A stretch of 64,000 nt of DNA from Candidatus Latescibacterota bacterium (GCA_038279365.1 JAYODI010000015.1:10169-74168), one strand, 5' to 3'. Positions 9,686-19,388 are shown, counted from the first letter of the stretch. Program-made: numbers and translations. Notes: a model not told the origin generated them from the sequence alone.

Positions 9686-10231
9686 ATGGCCAAATTCTAC
9701 AACGCCCTCGACGACAAACTCATCGAATTCATAAACGAGCAACACATCTACTTCACCGCCACAGCACCCGAAGAAGGCCGCATCAACCTCTCACCCAAAG
9801 GCATGGACACCTTCGCTTGTCTCAACAACAACCAAGTTGCTTACCTCAACCTCACAGGCAGTGGCAACGAAACCGCCGCACACTTGGCCGAAAATGAACG
9901 CATCACCATCATGATGTGTAGCTTTGGCAAAAACCCACTCATCCTACGCATTTATGGCAAGGGCCGCGCCGTACACCGATCAGACCCCGAATGGCAAACC
10001 TTGGCCACACAAATCGAACCCATACCAGGTGCACGCCAATATATCGTCATCGACATCGACTCCATACAAACCTCTTGCGGTTATGCCGTGCCACACTACG
10101 AATACACCGGTGAACGAGACACCCTCTTATTATCTGCCGAGCGCAAAGGTGAAGAAGCCCTCGAAACCTATCGCCGCGAAAACAACCTCGTCACCATAGA
10201 CGGCAAACCCACAGGATATCCCGTCATCTAA
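9686..10231 (+). CDS. Pyridoxamine 5'-phosphate oxidase family FMN-binding protein
   Basis: GRINLSPKG, LTGSGNETAAH, QTSCGYAVP signature. Confidence 0.9.
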   Translation: MAKFYNALDDKLIEFINEQHIYFTATAPEEGRINLSPKGMDTFACLNNNQVAYLNLTGSGNETAAHLAENERITIMMCSFGKNPLILRIYGKGRAVHRSDPEWQTLATQIEPIPGARQYIVIDIDSIQTSCGYAVPHYEYTGERDTLLLSAERKGEEALETYRRENNLVTIDGKPTGYPVI

Positions 10232-10248
10232 ATAATCCACACAAAAAG

Positions 10249-10284
10249 AAAAGCCCCTGAGTCTATGCACTCAAGGGCTTTTTT
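10249..10284. terminator. Bidirectional terminator
   Basis: aaaagccc.tgagt...actca.gggctttttt between convergent genes. Confidence 0.75.
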
Positions 10285-10324
10285 CTTCTTCCGTCTACCG
10301 TCTTTCTTCTTCCGTCTTCCTTCT
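10283..10324. repeat. Heptamer tandem array (6 x NNNNTCT)
   Basis: ttcttct|tccgtct|accgtct|ttcttct|tccgtct|tccttct. Confidence 0.75.
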
Positions 10325-10800
10325 TACCTGTTTTTCATAAACCCATTCATATTTGCCATAAACTTCGGCATCGTATTCCAAATCGTATCCACCACATACA
10401 AAGCATATTTTTCCCGTCCACTTTCATCCGTATCCCAATTGGGCACAATTTCCCAAATATCTTTAATCGGTTCATCCTTACCCAATGCGACCCTGTTAAA
10501 CAACGGCACCTCACAACCAAACTGCTCACGTATAAAATCCTGGTGATCCACACCCATCGCCACAGGCAAATCCACACCATCCAACATCTCTTGTGTCAGC
10601 TTGCGTTGCACATGGGCCGAAGGATCAATGCCCAATTCAATCACCCGCTTTTTTACGGGTGGGTACATCACCTGTTTATTGGCCTCAATGCCCGCCGATG
10701 CACTTTGCACAGACGCATCTTTATTTTGTGCCCGAAAGGCATACTCAGCCGTCATACTCCGAAAAATATTTCCCGTACATACAAACAACACGGTTTTCAT
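10324..10800 (-). CDS. Low-molecular-weight protein tyrosine phosphatase family protein
   Basis: VLFVCTGNIFRS P-loop (Cx5R), SAGI. Confidence 0.85.
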   Translation of the reverse strand: MKTVLFVCTGNIFRSMTAEYAFRAQNKDASVQSASAGIEANKQVMYPPVKKRVIELGIDPSAHVQRKLTQEMLDGVDLPVAMGVDHQDFIREQFGCEVPLFNRVALGKDEPIKDIWEIVPNWDTDESGREKYALYVVDTIWNTMPKFMANMNGFMKNR

Positions 10801-10819
10801 AAACCTCTTATCCTCAACA

Positions 10820-12214
10820 TTAAAAATGCAATCCCATCAAATCAGGGTCTTCACCCGATTCCAATCGCAACAAAGCCAAAAATAAAAAACCCAAACCATC
10901 CACCGCATCACACCGATCTTCCCCCACATGTGAGCGAAACCGATCTTCCACCCTCAAAACCCCCACGGCCTCATCTGCAATCCGCCTCGCCAAATCGCGC
11001 CACTCAGATCGCCCCAAAACATCTGCGGCTTCACACAACAAATGAACACATCGGCCATAATGCTCGGCATAACCACGCGGTGCTGGCAATGCGTTTTGAA
11101 CCACCTGAACCCATCGCTCCAAACCCACCAAAAAACGTTCGTCACCCGTGTGCTGATAACACAACAAACACGCCTCGGCATTGGGCATCGGATAATCATG
11201 TGCCGGAAACAACGGCTCCCAAATATCACAATGATCAGCCGGTTGATATTGCGTTGTCTTTGCGCCCAAAACCGGTGTGCCCTTCTCAACCATCAACTTA
11301 CCATAAAAATTATGTGTCGAATCATCCCACGCCCAATCCAACCACGCGCCCAAAGCATTACGGGCCATCCACGCAAAAGACTTCTCTCCCGAAAGCTGAT
11401 AACACCGCATCAAACAATTGGCCCACATCCCCACCTCACTTGTCACCATATGCATATCCCAGCGGTCTTTGGTTGGGCTATTCGACAACAACCCCGTCTC
11501 TTCATTGCGATGGTTAAAATTAAACGTGGCCACTTTCAACGCCAAAGCCGTCAGCGATGTATCACCTGTCCGTTTGGCCAACCAACACAACGTCTCTGCC
11601 AAAATCGCGCCCGACTCCAAAAAGGCGTGGCCTCGTTTTTGATCGGCATGTCGGTTGTGTTCACCCGTCTCGGCATCTACCACATGCCATTCCCCCTGCG
11701 CCCGAATGCTCTTTGCCGTAACCCCTTCATCCAACCGCCACAACAAATCCCAAGCCACAGGCAATGGACGCGTTTCATGATACGCACCATCTTGCGTGGC
11801 TGGGTCAACCGCTGTCAAACCCGGTAACCCACCCCCAAAAAACACCACCTGTCCTTCTATCGCATGATAATAATAGTGATTGCCCCACAAAAACAACCCA
11901 TTGGGTGCCACACTTCGCGCCAAAAAATCGCGCACATAACCATCTGCCGCCGTTGCATAGGCCCCACCCAAATGGTGCGCCACCACCAACAATGGCTGAT
12001 CCCAATACAAATTAGATCCATCAGGTGACTCAATCCACCGATAACACCGCTTTTCAATGCCCTCAGGTCTTTCCCACGATTTGGGGTGCCTGCTCGTATG
12101 CAAATCCAAACTGCTCATCCACATCGCATTGTCATCGGGGCCATACCCACTAACTGTGCCGTTTTCAATAAACCAATTCAAATGCGATTGAATATAAGAC
12201 GTATAATCACCCAT
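10820..12214 (-). CDS. Hypothetical (alpha/alpha)-toroid protein, possibly polysaccharide lyase-like
   Basis: Helical-repeat pattern; GSNLYWDQ and GLFLWGNH loosely resemble PL2-type lyases; no signal peptide. Confidence 0.5.
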   Translation of the reverse strand: MGDYTSYIQSHLNWFIENGTVSGYGPDDNAMWMSSLDLHTSRHPKSWERPEGIEKRCYRWIESPDGSNLYWDQPLLVVAHHLGGAYATAADGYVRDFLARSVAPNGLFLWGNHYYYHAIEGQVVFFGGGLPGLTAVDPATQDGAYHETRPLPVAWDLLWRLDEGVTAKSIRAQGEWHVVDAETGEHNRHADQKRGHAFLESGAILAETLCWLAKRTGDTSLTALALKVATFNFNHRNEETGLLSNSPTKDRWDMHMVTSEVGMWANCLMRCYQLSGEKSFAWMARNALGAWLDWAWDDSTHNFYGKLMVEKGTPVLGAKTTQYQPADHCDIWEPLFPAHDYPMPNAEACLLCYQHTGDERFLVGLERWVQVVQNALPAPRGYAEHYGRCVHLLCEAADVLGRSEWRDLARRIADEAVGVLRVEDRFRSHVGEDRCDAVDGLGFLFLALLRLESGEDPDLMGLHF

Positions 12215-12215
12215 C

Positions 12216-12956
12216 CTAAATAGCCTCTCGTTGCCAAACATGGGGGCCTTTTAAAATCAGCTTTTGCCGCTCGGTTAATCCCTCAATATCACTTTTCATC
12301 GGCCCACCTGCCCACTGCATATAATGTGGGCAATATTTTAGCAAAACTGCGCGCCGTTCATGCCCTGCGGTTGTCCATCGCATGGTGCCATGTGTCAATG
12401 CTTCGGTAAAAACAATCACATCTCCAGCTTTCACAGGCACATGTTTAAGAAGTGGATTGTCATCTGCACGATAATATTGCTTAGGGGTTTTATACAACGA
12501 TTTATGCGACCCAGGAATACAGCAAAATCCACCCCCGCCCGTTGGTGTATCAGACAATGCATAGCTAACGACAATCAAACCATTGTGCATCTGCTCACCA
12601 TGTGTGACATAATAACAACCATGCTGAAACATGCCCCCTTCGTGGTGCATACCAAAATGACCTTCTTCTCCGCCCACACGTGCCGCCATGCCGTAGGCAT
12701 GGTCAATGCGAAATTTTTCGCCCAAAATACCTCTCAAAACAGGCAACAATTTTGGATGATCTATCAAATCACGCCAATTTTTTCCCCATTCAAAAAAACC
12801 ACCAAAACGTGATTTGTTCGGATCATTATCGGGGTTTGTCACACCATGCGTTTCCATATCTTGATGCATATCTGCAATGGTCTTTGCATCCAACACACCC
12901 TTTAAGACCAAATATCCCTGCAAATCAAACAGATATTTTTCTTCTTCCGTCATCAT
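12216..12956 (-). CDS. PhyH family dioxygenase
   Basis: YLFDLQGYLVL, MHHE, CCIPGSHK, GDVIVFTEALTHGT; ATGA overlap with the upstream gene. Confidence 0.85.
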   Translation of the reverse strand: MMTEEEKYLFDLQGYLVLKGVLDAKTIADMHQDMETHGVTNPDNDPNKSRFGGFFEWGKNWRDLIDHPKLLPVLRGILGEKFRIDHAYGMAARVGGEEGHFGMHHEGGMFQHGCYYVTHGEQMHNGLIVVSYALSDTPTGGGGFCCIPGSHKSLYKTPKQYYRADDNPLLKHVPVKAGDVIVFTEALTHGTMRWTTAGHERRAVLLKYCPHYMQWAGGPMKSDIEGLTERQKLILKGPHVWQREAI

Positions 12957-13180
12957 AAATCCTCTGTTTCCAGTGATTGTTGCAATAAAGCCAACCGTTT
13001 TGGACGTTGATAAAAATAGTACACCATTGAACCCACCCAATAGGTTGCCACAAGAATAACAACCCACATCAATTTATCTTGCCCCACTTCTTGGGTTGCA
13101 CAATCTATGAGCATATAAATCCAAAAAACTGTGCCAGCAATATTCAATACTATAAATAAAAGGATCAATATTTCCCACAT
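12953..13180 (-). CDS. PLDc N-terminal domain small membrane protein
   Basis: FWIYMLIDC...KLMWVVIL...GSMVYYF pattern, two TM helices. Confidence 0.75.
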   Translation of the reverse strand: MWEILILLFIVLNIAGTVFWIYMLIDCATQEVGQDKLMWVVILVATYWVGSMVYYFYQRPKRLALLQQSLETEDL

Positions 13181-13205
13181 AAACGATCACCCTACAATAC
13201 CCAAA

Positions 13206-14216
13206 TCATACGCACAATATCTGTCCAAGCGTCTCAACAAACCGATCTGCTTGGCGCTTAAACCCAAGATCAGTCGGGTGAGATCCATCAACCGTATCGT
13301 CGCCATCTGCCCCCAAAAGCGTTGCACCTTCGAGATAATGAAGGCCACCAACACCATCTGCAATCAATCCAGCATAAACATCTTGAAACGCTTTGCGACT
13401 TGTTTCATTGCGCACCCGACGCGACACCACAAAATCCGCATCGCCATACGTGCGATCCTCAACCAACAGAATGGGCGTGTCAGGATGCTTCGCTCTCAAA
13501 GTTGTCACCAAATGTGCTGCACGTTTCGTGATCAAATCTGCCGTCATATTGGGCAAACAATCCACAACAAACACATCGGGATTCAACTCTGCCAAAAAGT
13601 CGGCCACTTCGGGTTCCATCATCCCATTACCCGAAAAACCCAAATTAATCGTCTCACAATTTAATGCACGCCCCACCCGAGCCACATGACAGGTACCCGT
13701 TCGAGAGGCACTTGCACCGTGCGTAATTGACGTTCCATAAAACAAAATCGTCTTCCGATCCGTAGCGCGTTCAGTAGCCGCAATAGATGCCCCCTCAGGA
13801 ACACCGATCTCCACATTGGACACACCATTATAAAGCGGCAAATATATCGTGCAAGACTTCTCACCTTCTGCCATTCCCGAAACCAGTGCGGCCTCCACAT
13901 CGGGCAACGTTTCGGGGCGACCACTGCCCGCCCATCGTGAGCCATCTGGTGTATCAATATACAAATCGAGCCCACTCACACCCGTTGCTGGCATATGTGA
14001 CATCGCCAGGCGATCCAACGTCAGCGTCCAACGTGCATGAATTTCCTTCGCATCCGTTTTAAACTTCACACACAGCCCTGCCGAGTGTCGGCTCAAATTC
14101 CAAACCACATCGCGCACAACACCTTCAGCGCGTGCAGGCAACCGATCAAAGGGTGCTTTTGTATCTGTCCATCCTTGTCCTTCAATACGCAAGTCTCGAA
14201 TATCTGTCCAGATCAT
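13206..14216 (-). CDS. SGNH/GDSL hydrolase with N-terminal GxDLY domain
   Basis: SGLDLY, FYGTSITHG, NLGFSGNG, DGSHPTDLG. Confidence 0.9.
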   Translation of the reverse strand: MIWTDIRDLRIEGQGWTDTKAPFDRLPARAEGVVRDVVWNLSRHSAGLCVKFKTDAKEIHARWTLTLDRLAMSHMPATGVSGLDLYIDTPDGSRWAGSGRPETLPDVEAALVSGMAEGEKSCTIYLPLYNGVSNVEIGVPEGASIAATERATDRKTILFYGTSITHGASASRTGTCHVARVGRALNCETINLGFSGNGMMEPEVADFLAELNPDVFVVDCLPNMTADLITKRAAHLVTTLRAKHPDTPILLVEDRTYGDADFVVSRRVRNETSRKAFQDVYAGLIADGVGGLHYLEGATLLGADGDDTVDGSHPTDLGFKRQADRFVETLGQILCV

Positions 14217-14259
14217 ATCCTTCCTTTCATTGCAAATTTACACATCACATTACGCCAAC

Positions 14260-15711
14260 CTAACCCACACGCACGTCCAACCCCAAAACGGTTACAGGTT
14301 CTCCCTCATTGCGAATCAAAATCTGATTGCGCCCCTGAACCACACACTCACTTGGCAACTGAAAACGCGCGTAAAAACTTTGACACACATCCTTCACACC
14401 CGCCACAACATCAACCGCACATCCCACATAAACATCATTGACACACACCCACAAATCATCTCTTTTTACATCACCATCTAAAATCAAAATCAATGTTCTG
14501 TCCCGATCCGTTTCCTGAACAGCCAAAACCATCTCAAACCGTCGTGGATGTTTGGCATCCATCGCCACAGGCACCTGCACCGCCAAATCGGATTCCCCAT
14601 GATTAATACCCGCCGTCAACAAATGCCTTCGTGCATTTCCAAACCTTTTCTCCCGCATCTCACCCAAAACATCAAATGCAGGATCAACTGGTGAAGCCCC
14701 TTCTCGCGAACAAAAAAAGTTAAACATCTCCACACCATCTGCACCCAAAGCATCATAACCTGCCGCAAACCCCCTCAACAATTCACCATTTGTCGAAAGC
14801 GGTTCAGCAGGCAACCCCTCCCACCGCGCTGCAAAATAATCTGAGCTCGCATAAAGCGCCACATCATCGCCTACAAGTTCGCGATAGTGATCAATGGGCA
14901 ATTCCCAACCCGTATTGAGAAACATCCCAATCACCACACCATCCACCAAACCACCCCAACCCCGCACATCAAACCCAAGCCCACATGCACCCGCAGGTGT
15001 CGCAGCAATGCGACACAACAATTCAACCGACTTTCCCGACCCATCAATCAGCTTGCGCACATCCTTCAAAAACCCCGTCATTGTCTCACAATGCTGGGTA
15101 ATATTCACCCGATCAAAATAAGCCGTAAAACGCAAAAAATCCAACTCCAAAACATCCAACTCATAATCTTCAATCACCTCGCGAATCAACAACAAAAAAT
15201 AATCACGCACTTCTTTATATTCATAATTAAGCCCACGCGATGCCCACGCCCGAATAGGAATATCGGGCAAATAAAACTCAGGATGATCGCGATAAAATTG
15301 GCTAAACAAATGCGACTTGGGCCACGGCACATCGTGCATATCATTCATCCGCACCGACACCCCCGCCTTTAAACCTCGCGACTTGCAACGCCCCAAAGCA
15401 CGTTCCAAATAATCGCACTGCTGTGCCAACGTTTGCATCTGCGAAACCAAATGCCGTCGTCCTTGTACATCCATATCCTCAGCCAAACCATAATAAGAAC
15501 GGTCATCGGGTCTAAAATCATGCCAATAATTTTCCCACACACGACTTGGGTAATTCACCTTTTGCGCATTCACATTCACCAAAAAAGTATCCCCACCCCC
15601 ATCGGCCACCTCATCCACCATCGCATCCACATGAGCCGGAGTAAGACTTTCTTTGGTCACATAAAACAAATTGGAACTGTCCTGATTATACATCACGCGA
15701 AATGTACCCAT
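14260..15711 (-). CDS. Putative glycoside hydrolase-like TIM-barrel protein (unclassified)
   Basis: YNQD start, SVRMNDMH, LNY..KEVRDY, LELDFLR, GADGVEMFNF, C-terminal beta-sandwich; TGATG coupling with the upstream gene. Confidence 0.55.
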   Translation of the reverse strand: MGTFRVMYNQDSSNLFYVTKESLTPAHVDAMVDEVADGGGDTFLVNVNAQKVNYPSRVWENYWHDFRPDDRSYYGLAEDMDVQGRRHLVSQMQTLAQQCDYLERALGRCKSRGLKAGVSVRMNDMHDVPWPKSHLFSQFYRDHPEFYLPDIPIRAWASRGLNYEYKEVRDYFLLLIREVIEDYELDVLELDFLRFTAYFDRVNITQHCETMTGFLKDVRKLIDGSGKSVELLCRIAATPAGACGLGFDVRGWGGLVDGVVIGMFLNTGWELPIDHYRELVGDDVALYASSDYFAARWEGLPAEPLSTNGELLRGFAAGYDALGADGVEMFNFFCSREGASPVDPAFDVLGEMREKRFGNARRHLLTAGINHGESDLAVQVPVAMDAKHPRRFEMVLAVQETDRDRTLILILDGDVKRDDLWVCVNDVYVGCAVDVVAGVKDVCQSFYARFQLPSECVVQGRNQILIRNEGEPVTVLGLDVRVG

Positions 15712-16508
15712 CACTTTCCCACCTCCAACAAACCACGCCCCCGCAACCAATCTTCACAACGCACCGTCCAGCTCCCCACCGCCCCCTTCGTCTTGCCCAA
15801 CCCAAACCCATGCCCCCCTTGTTCATACAAATGCAATTCCACAGGCACATCAAAGCTCAACAACTTCTGATACAACGTAATCGCCTGCACAGGCGGTGTC
15901 GTCTTATCATCACTGGCACCCACAATAAATGCAGGCAACGCATTTTCAGACGTGATCTTCTCCACATCCAACCCACGCAAAGACACATACATCGGCACCA
16001 AAAAATTGGGCCGACTCACCGCATCGCTATTCATCATCAAATTCACCACCAAATGCCCACCCGCCGAAAACCCCATCGCACCCACCATCTCAACATTCAT
16101 CCCCCATTCCTCTGCCCCCTTGCGAATCACCTTCATCGCCTCTTGCGCATCTTGCAACGCCTCATCCCGATCCAACCGATACTTCAACACATATGCCGCC
16201 ACACCCAACGTATTCAACCAAGCCGCCACCTGATGACCCTCTTTCTCTATCGCCAAATGATGATACCCCCCACCCGGACACACCAACACCGCCGCCCCCG
16301 TTGCCAACTCCCTCGGCGGCAAATGCACCGTCAACGACGGCTGATGCACCTTCCGCACCCGCTCATTCACCACCTCCTCCTCATTCACCCGCCCCACACT
16401 CCCCGGCGCATCCCCATCCCAAATCGCAATCACCTCCCCCGCCCAAACCCCAGGCACCCGCACCACTATTCCCACACCCAAAACCACCAAAAACAAAATC
16501 CAACTCAT
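15711..16508 (-). CDS. Alpha/beta hydrolase (secreted acetyl/feruloyl esterase-like)
   Basis: CPGGGY, GFSAGGH nucleophile elbow, GGHGFG; N-terminal hydrophobic signal. Confidence 0.85.
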   Translation of the reverse strand: MSWILFLVVLGVGIVVRVPGVWAGEVIAIWDGDAPGSVGRVNEEEVVNERVRKVHQPSLTVHLPPRELATGAAVLVCPGGGYHHLAIEKEGHQVAAWLNTLGVAAYVLKYRLDRDEALQDAQEAMKVIRKGAEEWGMNVEMVGAMGFSAGGHLVVNLMMNSDAVSRPNFLVPMYVSLRGLDVEKITSENALPAFIVGASDDKTTPPVQAITLYQKLLSFDVPVELHLYEQGGHGFGLGKTKGAVGSWTVRCEDWLRGRGLLEVGK

Positions 16509-16605
16509 ACCAACCCCCTTATAGTAAACTGATTGAATCACCCCAAACCATCATGATTTTCCGCACTATCCGTCCAGCTATTTATTCATTTTAAACTCTA
16601 AGGTT

Positions 16606-16764
16606 GCAGGCTAAATTACCCCATGCATCCCGTGAGGGTATTTGCGGAAAATCAGCCCTTCCGGCACCTGAGGAACGGCATTTTTTGCTTACTTTTTCTT
16701 CGAATGCTCAAATTACTCACATTCTCTTGTTGAAAAAAAGTAAGTCGCCGAAGGCAAGGTGTTA
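16606..16764. repeat. Dispersed structured repeat, copy A
   Basis: Aligns with 21081-21213 along its length and with 31181-31255; three hairpins; carries an extra ~25 nt in the central loop. Confidence 0.85.
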
Positions 16765-16767
16765 AGA

Positions 16768-18282
16768 TTATCGCCTTTTCCCCTCCAAAAACCAAACCAA
16801 CATAGATGAATTTCTAAACCGCCAAGAAAACTTCCGCGGTGGCCTATTTGCATCATCTCCCATCACCAGTGGCCACAACTTCTCATACTTCCCCAACAAA
16901 TCCGTATCCATCCTCCCCGACAAATAATACCCCATCGCCAACATATAACACGCCTCCACATGATGTGGCGGATTTTCAGGATTCACCTGCTCCCCAACCC
17001 CTGGTGATGCCGCCATATAATACACCCCTTCACCATCTGGCGTAATGGCATACATCGAAATAAACTTGGCATACATCGCCAAAGACGCAAGCGCACGCAC
17101 ATCGCCCGTCACCATCCAATATGTCCAAATGCTATCCATCAACAACGCACTCATCCACGGGCTCGTCGTCCATCCCACCCCATCTCCATGACTTTCAGCC
17201 GTATGACGCCACGCCCCATCGGGCTTTTTTCCATCCAATGGCTGAATCTGCAAATCATACACCCCCTCAAAATACGCCTTGGCCCTATCCAAATACTTTG
17301 TCTCACCCGTCAACGCAAACACCTGCAAATAAGCCGCCATACCAAAAGCCACATGTCGCTCCGTCCAAAACCCCTCCCCACCATACCGAAACGTATCCCA
17401 CTTGTCCCAAGCCGTCAACGTCAACAGTGCCGCATCTTTAAACCGCCCATCCCCCGTCAACAAATACAACAATGTCGACCCTTCCGCATACACATACTTA
17501 TAATCCCCAGGCTTCAAATCAAAAAAACCATCATCACCCAAATGCGACACATAAACCGAACCCGCTTTAAGTGCCGCCAACATATGTTCGCGTTGCCCGT
17601 GCCGCACATAAATCTTTGCATAGGTGGCAGGTCGGTCATACAAATGGGGCGCATACTTCTCCGAGTTAATATTCACCAACGACCCATCAAACTGATCCAA
17701 CACATGCTCATCATACCAAGCGGCCACTTCATTTTGAAACGCGGGTACTTGTTGCCAAGCCACCCAACTGTCACACAACCACTTTGCAGGCAACAAAGCC
17801 AAAACCCGAGGGCAAAGATATGAAACATCCGCATCATTTTTCATAAACTGCGTTGCCAATACAGGCACTTCCTCAGACCGAGAAGAACCTTGTTTTTTAT
17901 CCCAAACCACAGTCCAAGTCTGCGCCATCGTATCCGTAAACGTCATCTCAAACTGCACCAAAACAGATCGCAATCCCAAATGCCCATTGCCCACCCAATG
18001 TGCCAAAGGTTTTGTAAAAACAGGAACGTCTCGACCTGTCTCATCCATCACCCGAATCATCATATGATCAAACAACGCATCGGGCGAAAAAGGCAAACCA
18101 AACGACACCACATGTGTACCCACACCCGCTTCGGGTATCAATTGAACCGATACCTGCTGAGTATCCCATCCAACAGGTTGAGGCCGTTCCAACACAGCCA
18201 ACCTGACACCCAATGATTGCACATCAAATGCATGCGCCATAAGAGGCACCCCCATCCAAATCACAAAACATATCCAACGCAT
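16768..18282 (-). CDS. Hypothetical secreted protein, exo-rhamnogalacturonan lyase (PL26/YetA)-like architecture
   Basis: Signal peptide (..AHA/F); VSFGLPF...VMDETGRDVPV..LAHW..LRSVLVQF N-terminal module; helical C-terminal domain. Confidence 0.5.
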   Translation of the reverse strand: MRWICFVIWMGVPLMAHAFDVQSLGVRLAVLERPQPVGWDTQQVSVQLIPEAGVGTHVVSFGLPFSPDALFDHMMIRVMDETGRDVPVFTKPLAHWVGNGHLGLRSVLVQFEMTFTDTMAQTWTVVWDKKQGSSRSEEVPVLATQFMKNDADVSYLCPRVLALLPAKWLCDSWVAWQQVPAFQNEVAAWYDEHVLDQFDGSLVNINSEKYAPHLYDRPATYAKIYVRHGQREHMLAALKAGSVYVSHLGDDGFFDLKPGDYKYVYAEGSTLLYLLTGDGRFKDAALLTLTAWDKWDTFRYGGEGFWTERHVAFGMAAYLQVFALTGETKYLDRAKAYFEGVYDLQIQPLDGKKPDGAWRHTAESHGDGVGWTTSPWMSALLMDSIWTYWMVTGDVRALASLAMYAKFISMYAITPDGEGVYYMAASPGVGEQVNPENPPHHVEACYMLAMGYYLSGRMDTDLLGKYEKLWPLVMGDDANRPPRKFSWRFRNSSMLVWFLEGKRR

Positions 18283-18283
18283 A

Positions 18284-19009
18284 TCACACCTTGCGAACAT
18301 AAATCTGAACCCAAAAAATAATGGGCAAAAATGCCACCCACCCCATAGCCAAGCCACCACCCACGCTCCAAATCTGTTGCCCCAAAAATGTCATGATCAT
18401 CAACACCGTTAACGAACACATCAACACAGGCACCGTGCGCACCAAAATCCACAAATCATGTCGCACCTCATAAGCCCCCACAGTACTCAACAACGGAAAC
18501 AACGAAGCAAACCCACCCAAATGGTTCTTAATGGTCACCAACACACACACCACCATAAACACCATAGGTAACTTTTGCCAAAGCGGTAAAGGCGTGCGAT
18601 AAGGCGGTTTACTTGGCTTAGGTAATACCCGCAACAACACAAACCCCAACCCAAACATGCCCACAGCCGCCATCCAAAAAACCACATCCGTTGATGGCAC
18701 AATGCCCACCAACATACCTCCCAAAAACATATACACCAACACAGACAACACAACCGAAATCACAACATGCAACTTCACCTTCTCATGTAAAAACCACACG
18801 CAACTCACATACACAAACAACGTGGCCAAAGACAACACATTCGACGCATCCACCGGCTTGCCCAACGACAACACAATCGTCGTAAACGGCAATGGCAACG
18901 TCAGTGCCAACCCCTTCCACCGAGGCGATGACAAATAGGCCACCGCCATCGCCTGAATGGTCACCACCACCACCAACGTCACATCCCAAAACCCAAATGA
19001 AATATCCAC
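18284..19009 (-). CDS. Hypothetical multi-pass membrane protein
   Basis: About eight hydrophobic segments; tightly coupled to the downstream gene. Confidence 0.7.
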   Translation of the reverse strand: MDISFGFWDVTLVVVVTIQAMAVAYLSSPRWKGLALTLPLPFTTIVLSLGKPVDASNVLSLATLFVYVSCVWFLHEKVKLHVVISVVLSVLVYMFLGGMLVGIVPSTDVVFWMAAVGMFGLGFVLLRVLPKPSKPPYRTPLPLWQKLPMVFMVVCVLVTIKNHLGGFASLFPLLSTVGAYEVRHDLWILVRTVPVLMCSLTVLMIMTFLGQQIWSVGGGLAMGWVAFLPIIFWVQIYVRKV

Positions 19010-19083
19010 AGTAAAGATATACCCTTGTAATACGCTAAAATTGTGAGTATCTTTGGAAAGATAAAATTAAAAAGGAGTTCACT

Positions 19084-19299
19084 ATGAAAACATTAGAACG
19101 AATCACATTAGATCCAGCAGTCATGGGTGGAAAACCTTGTATCAGAGGTTTGCGCGTAACCGTTGGCACCATTGTCGGGCTAGTCGCCTCAGGATATACA
19201 ACAGAAAGAATTCTTGAACTCTATCCATATCTTGAAAGAGAAGACGTTTCAGAAGCCTTGTCATATGCTGCTTGGCGTTCCGAACCAACAAATTATTGA
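19084..19299 (+). CDS. DUF433 family antitoxin-like protein (C-terminus probably altered by a deletion)
   Basis: RITLDPAVMGGKPCIRGLRVTV...YPYLEREDVSEALSYAAW; AAGGAG RBS. Confidence 0.9.
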   Translation: MKTLERITLDPAVMGGKPCIRGLRVTVGTIVGLVASGYTTERILELYPYLEREDVSEALSYAAWRSEPTNY

Positions 19300-19372
19300 G
19301 GCTGGTGCTTTGATTACAATAGACGAAGGACGCGCACGAGCACGCGTCCTTCCTTTTGCAAACAGACAATAA
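19283..19372 (+). pseudogene. C-terminal remnant of a DUF5615 PIN-like toxin
   Basis: Alternate frame reads NQQIIEAGALITIDEGRARARVLPFANRQ*, resembling the DUF5615 C-terminus; no start codon or N-terminal PIN motif. Confidence 0.6.
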
Positions 19373-19388
19373 TGTTATCGGTTTATTG

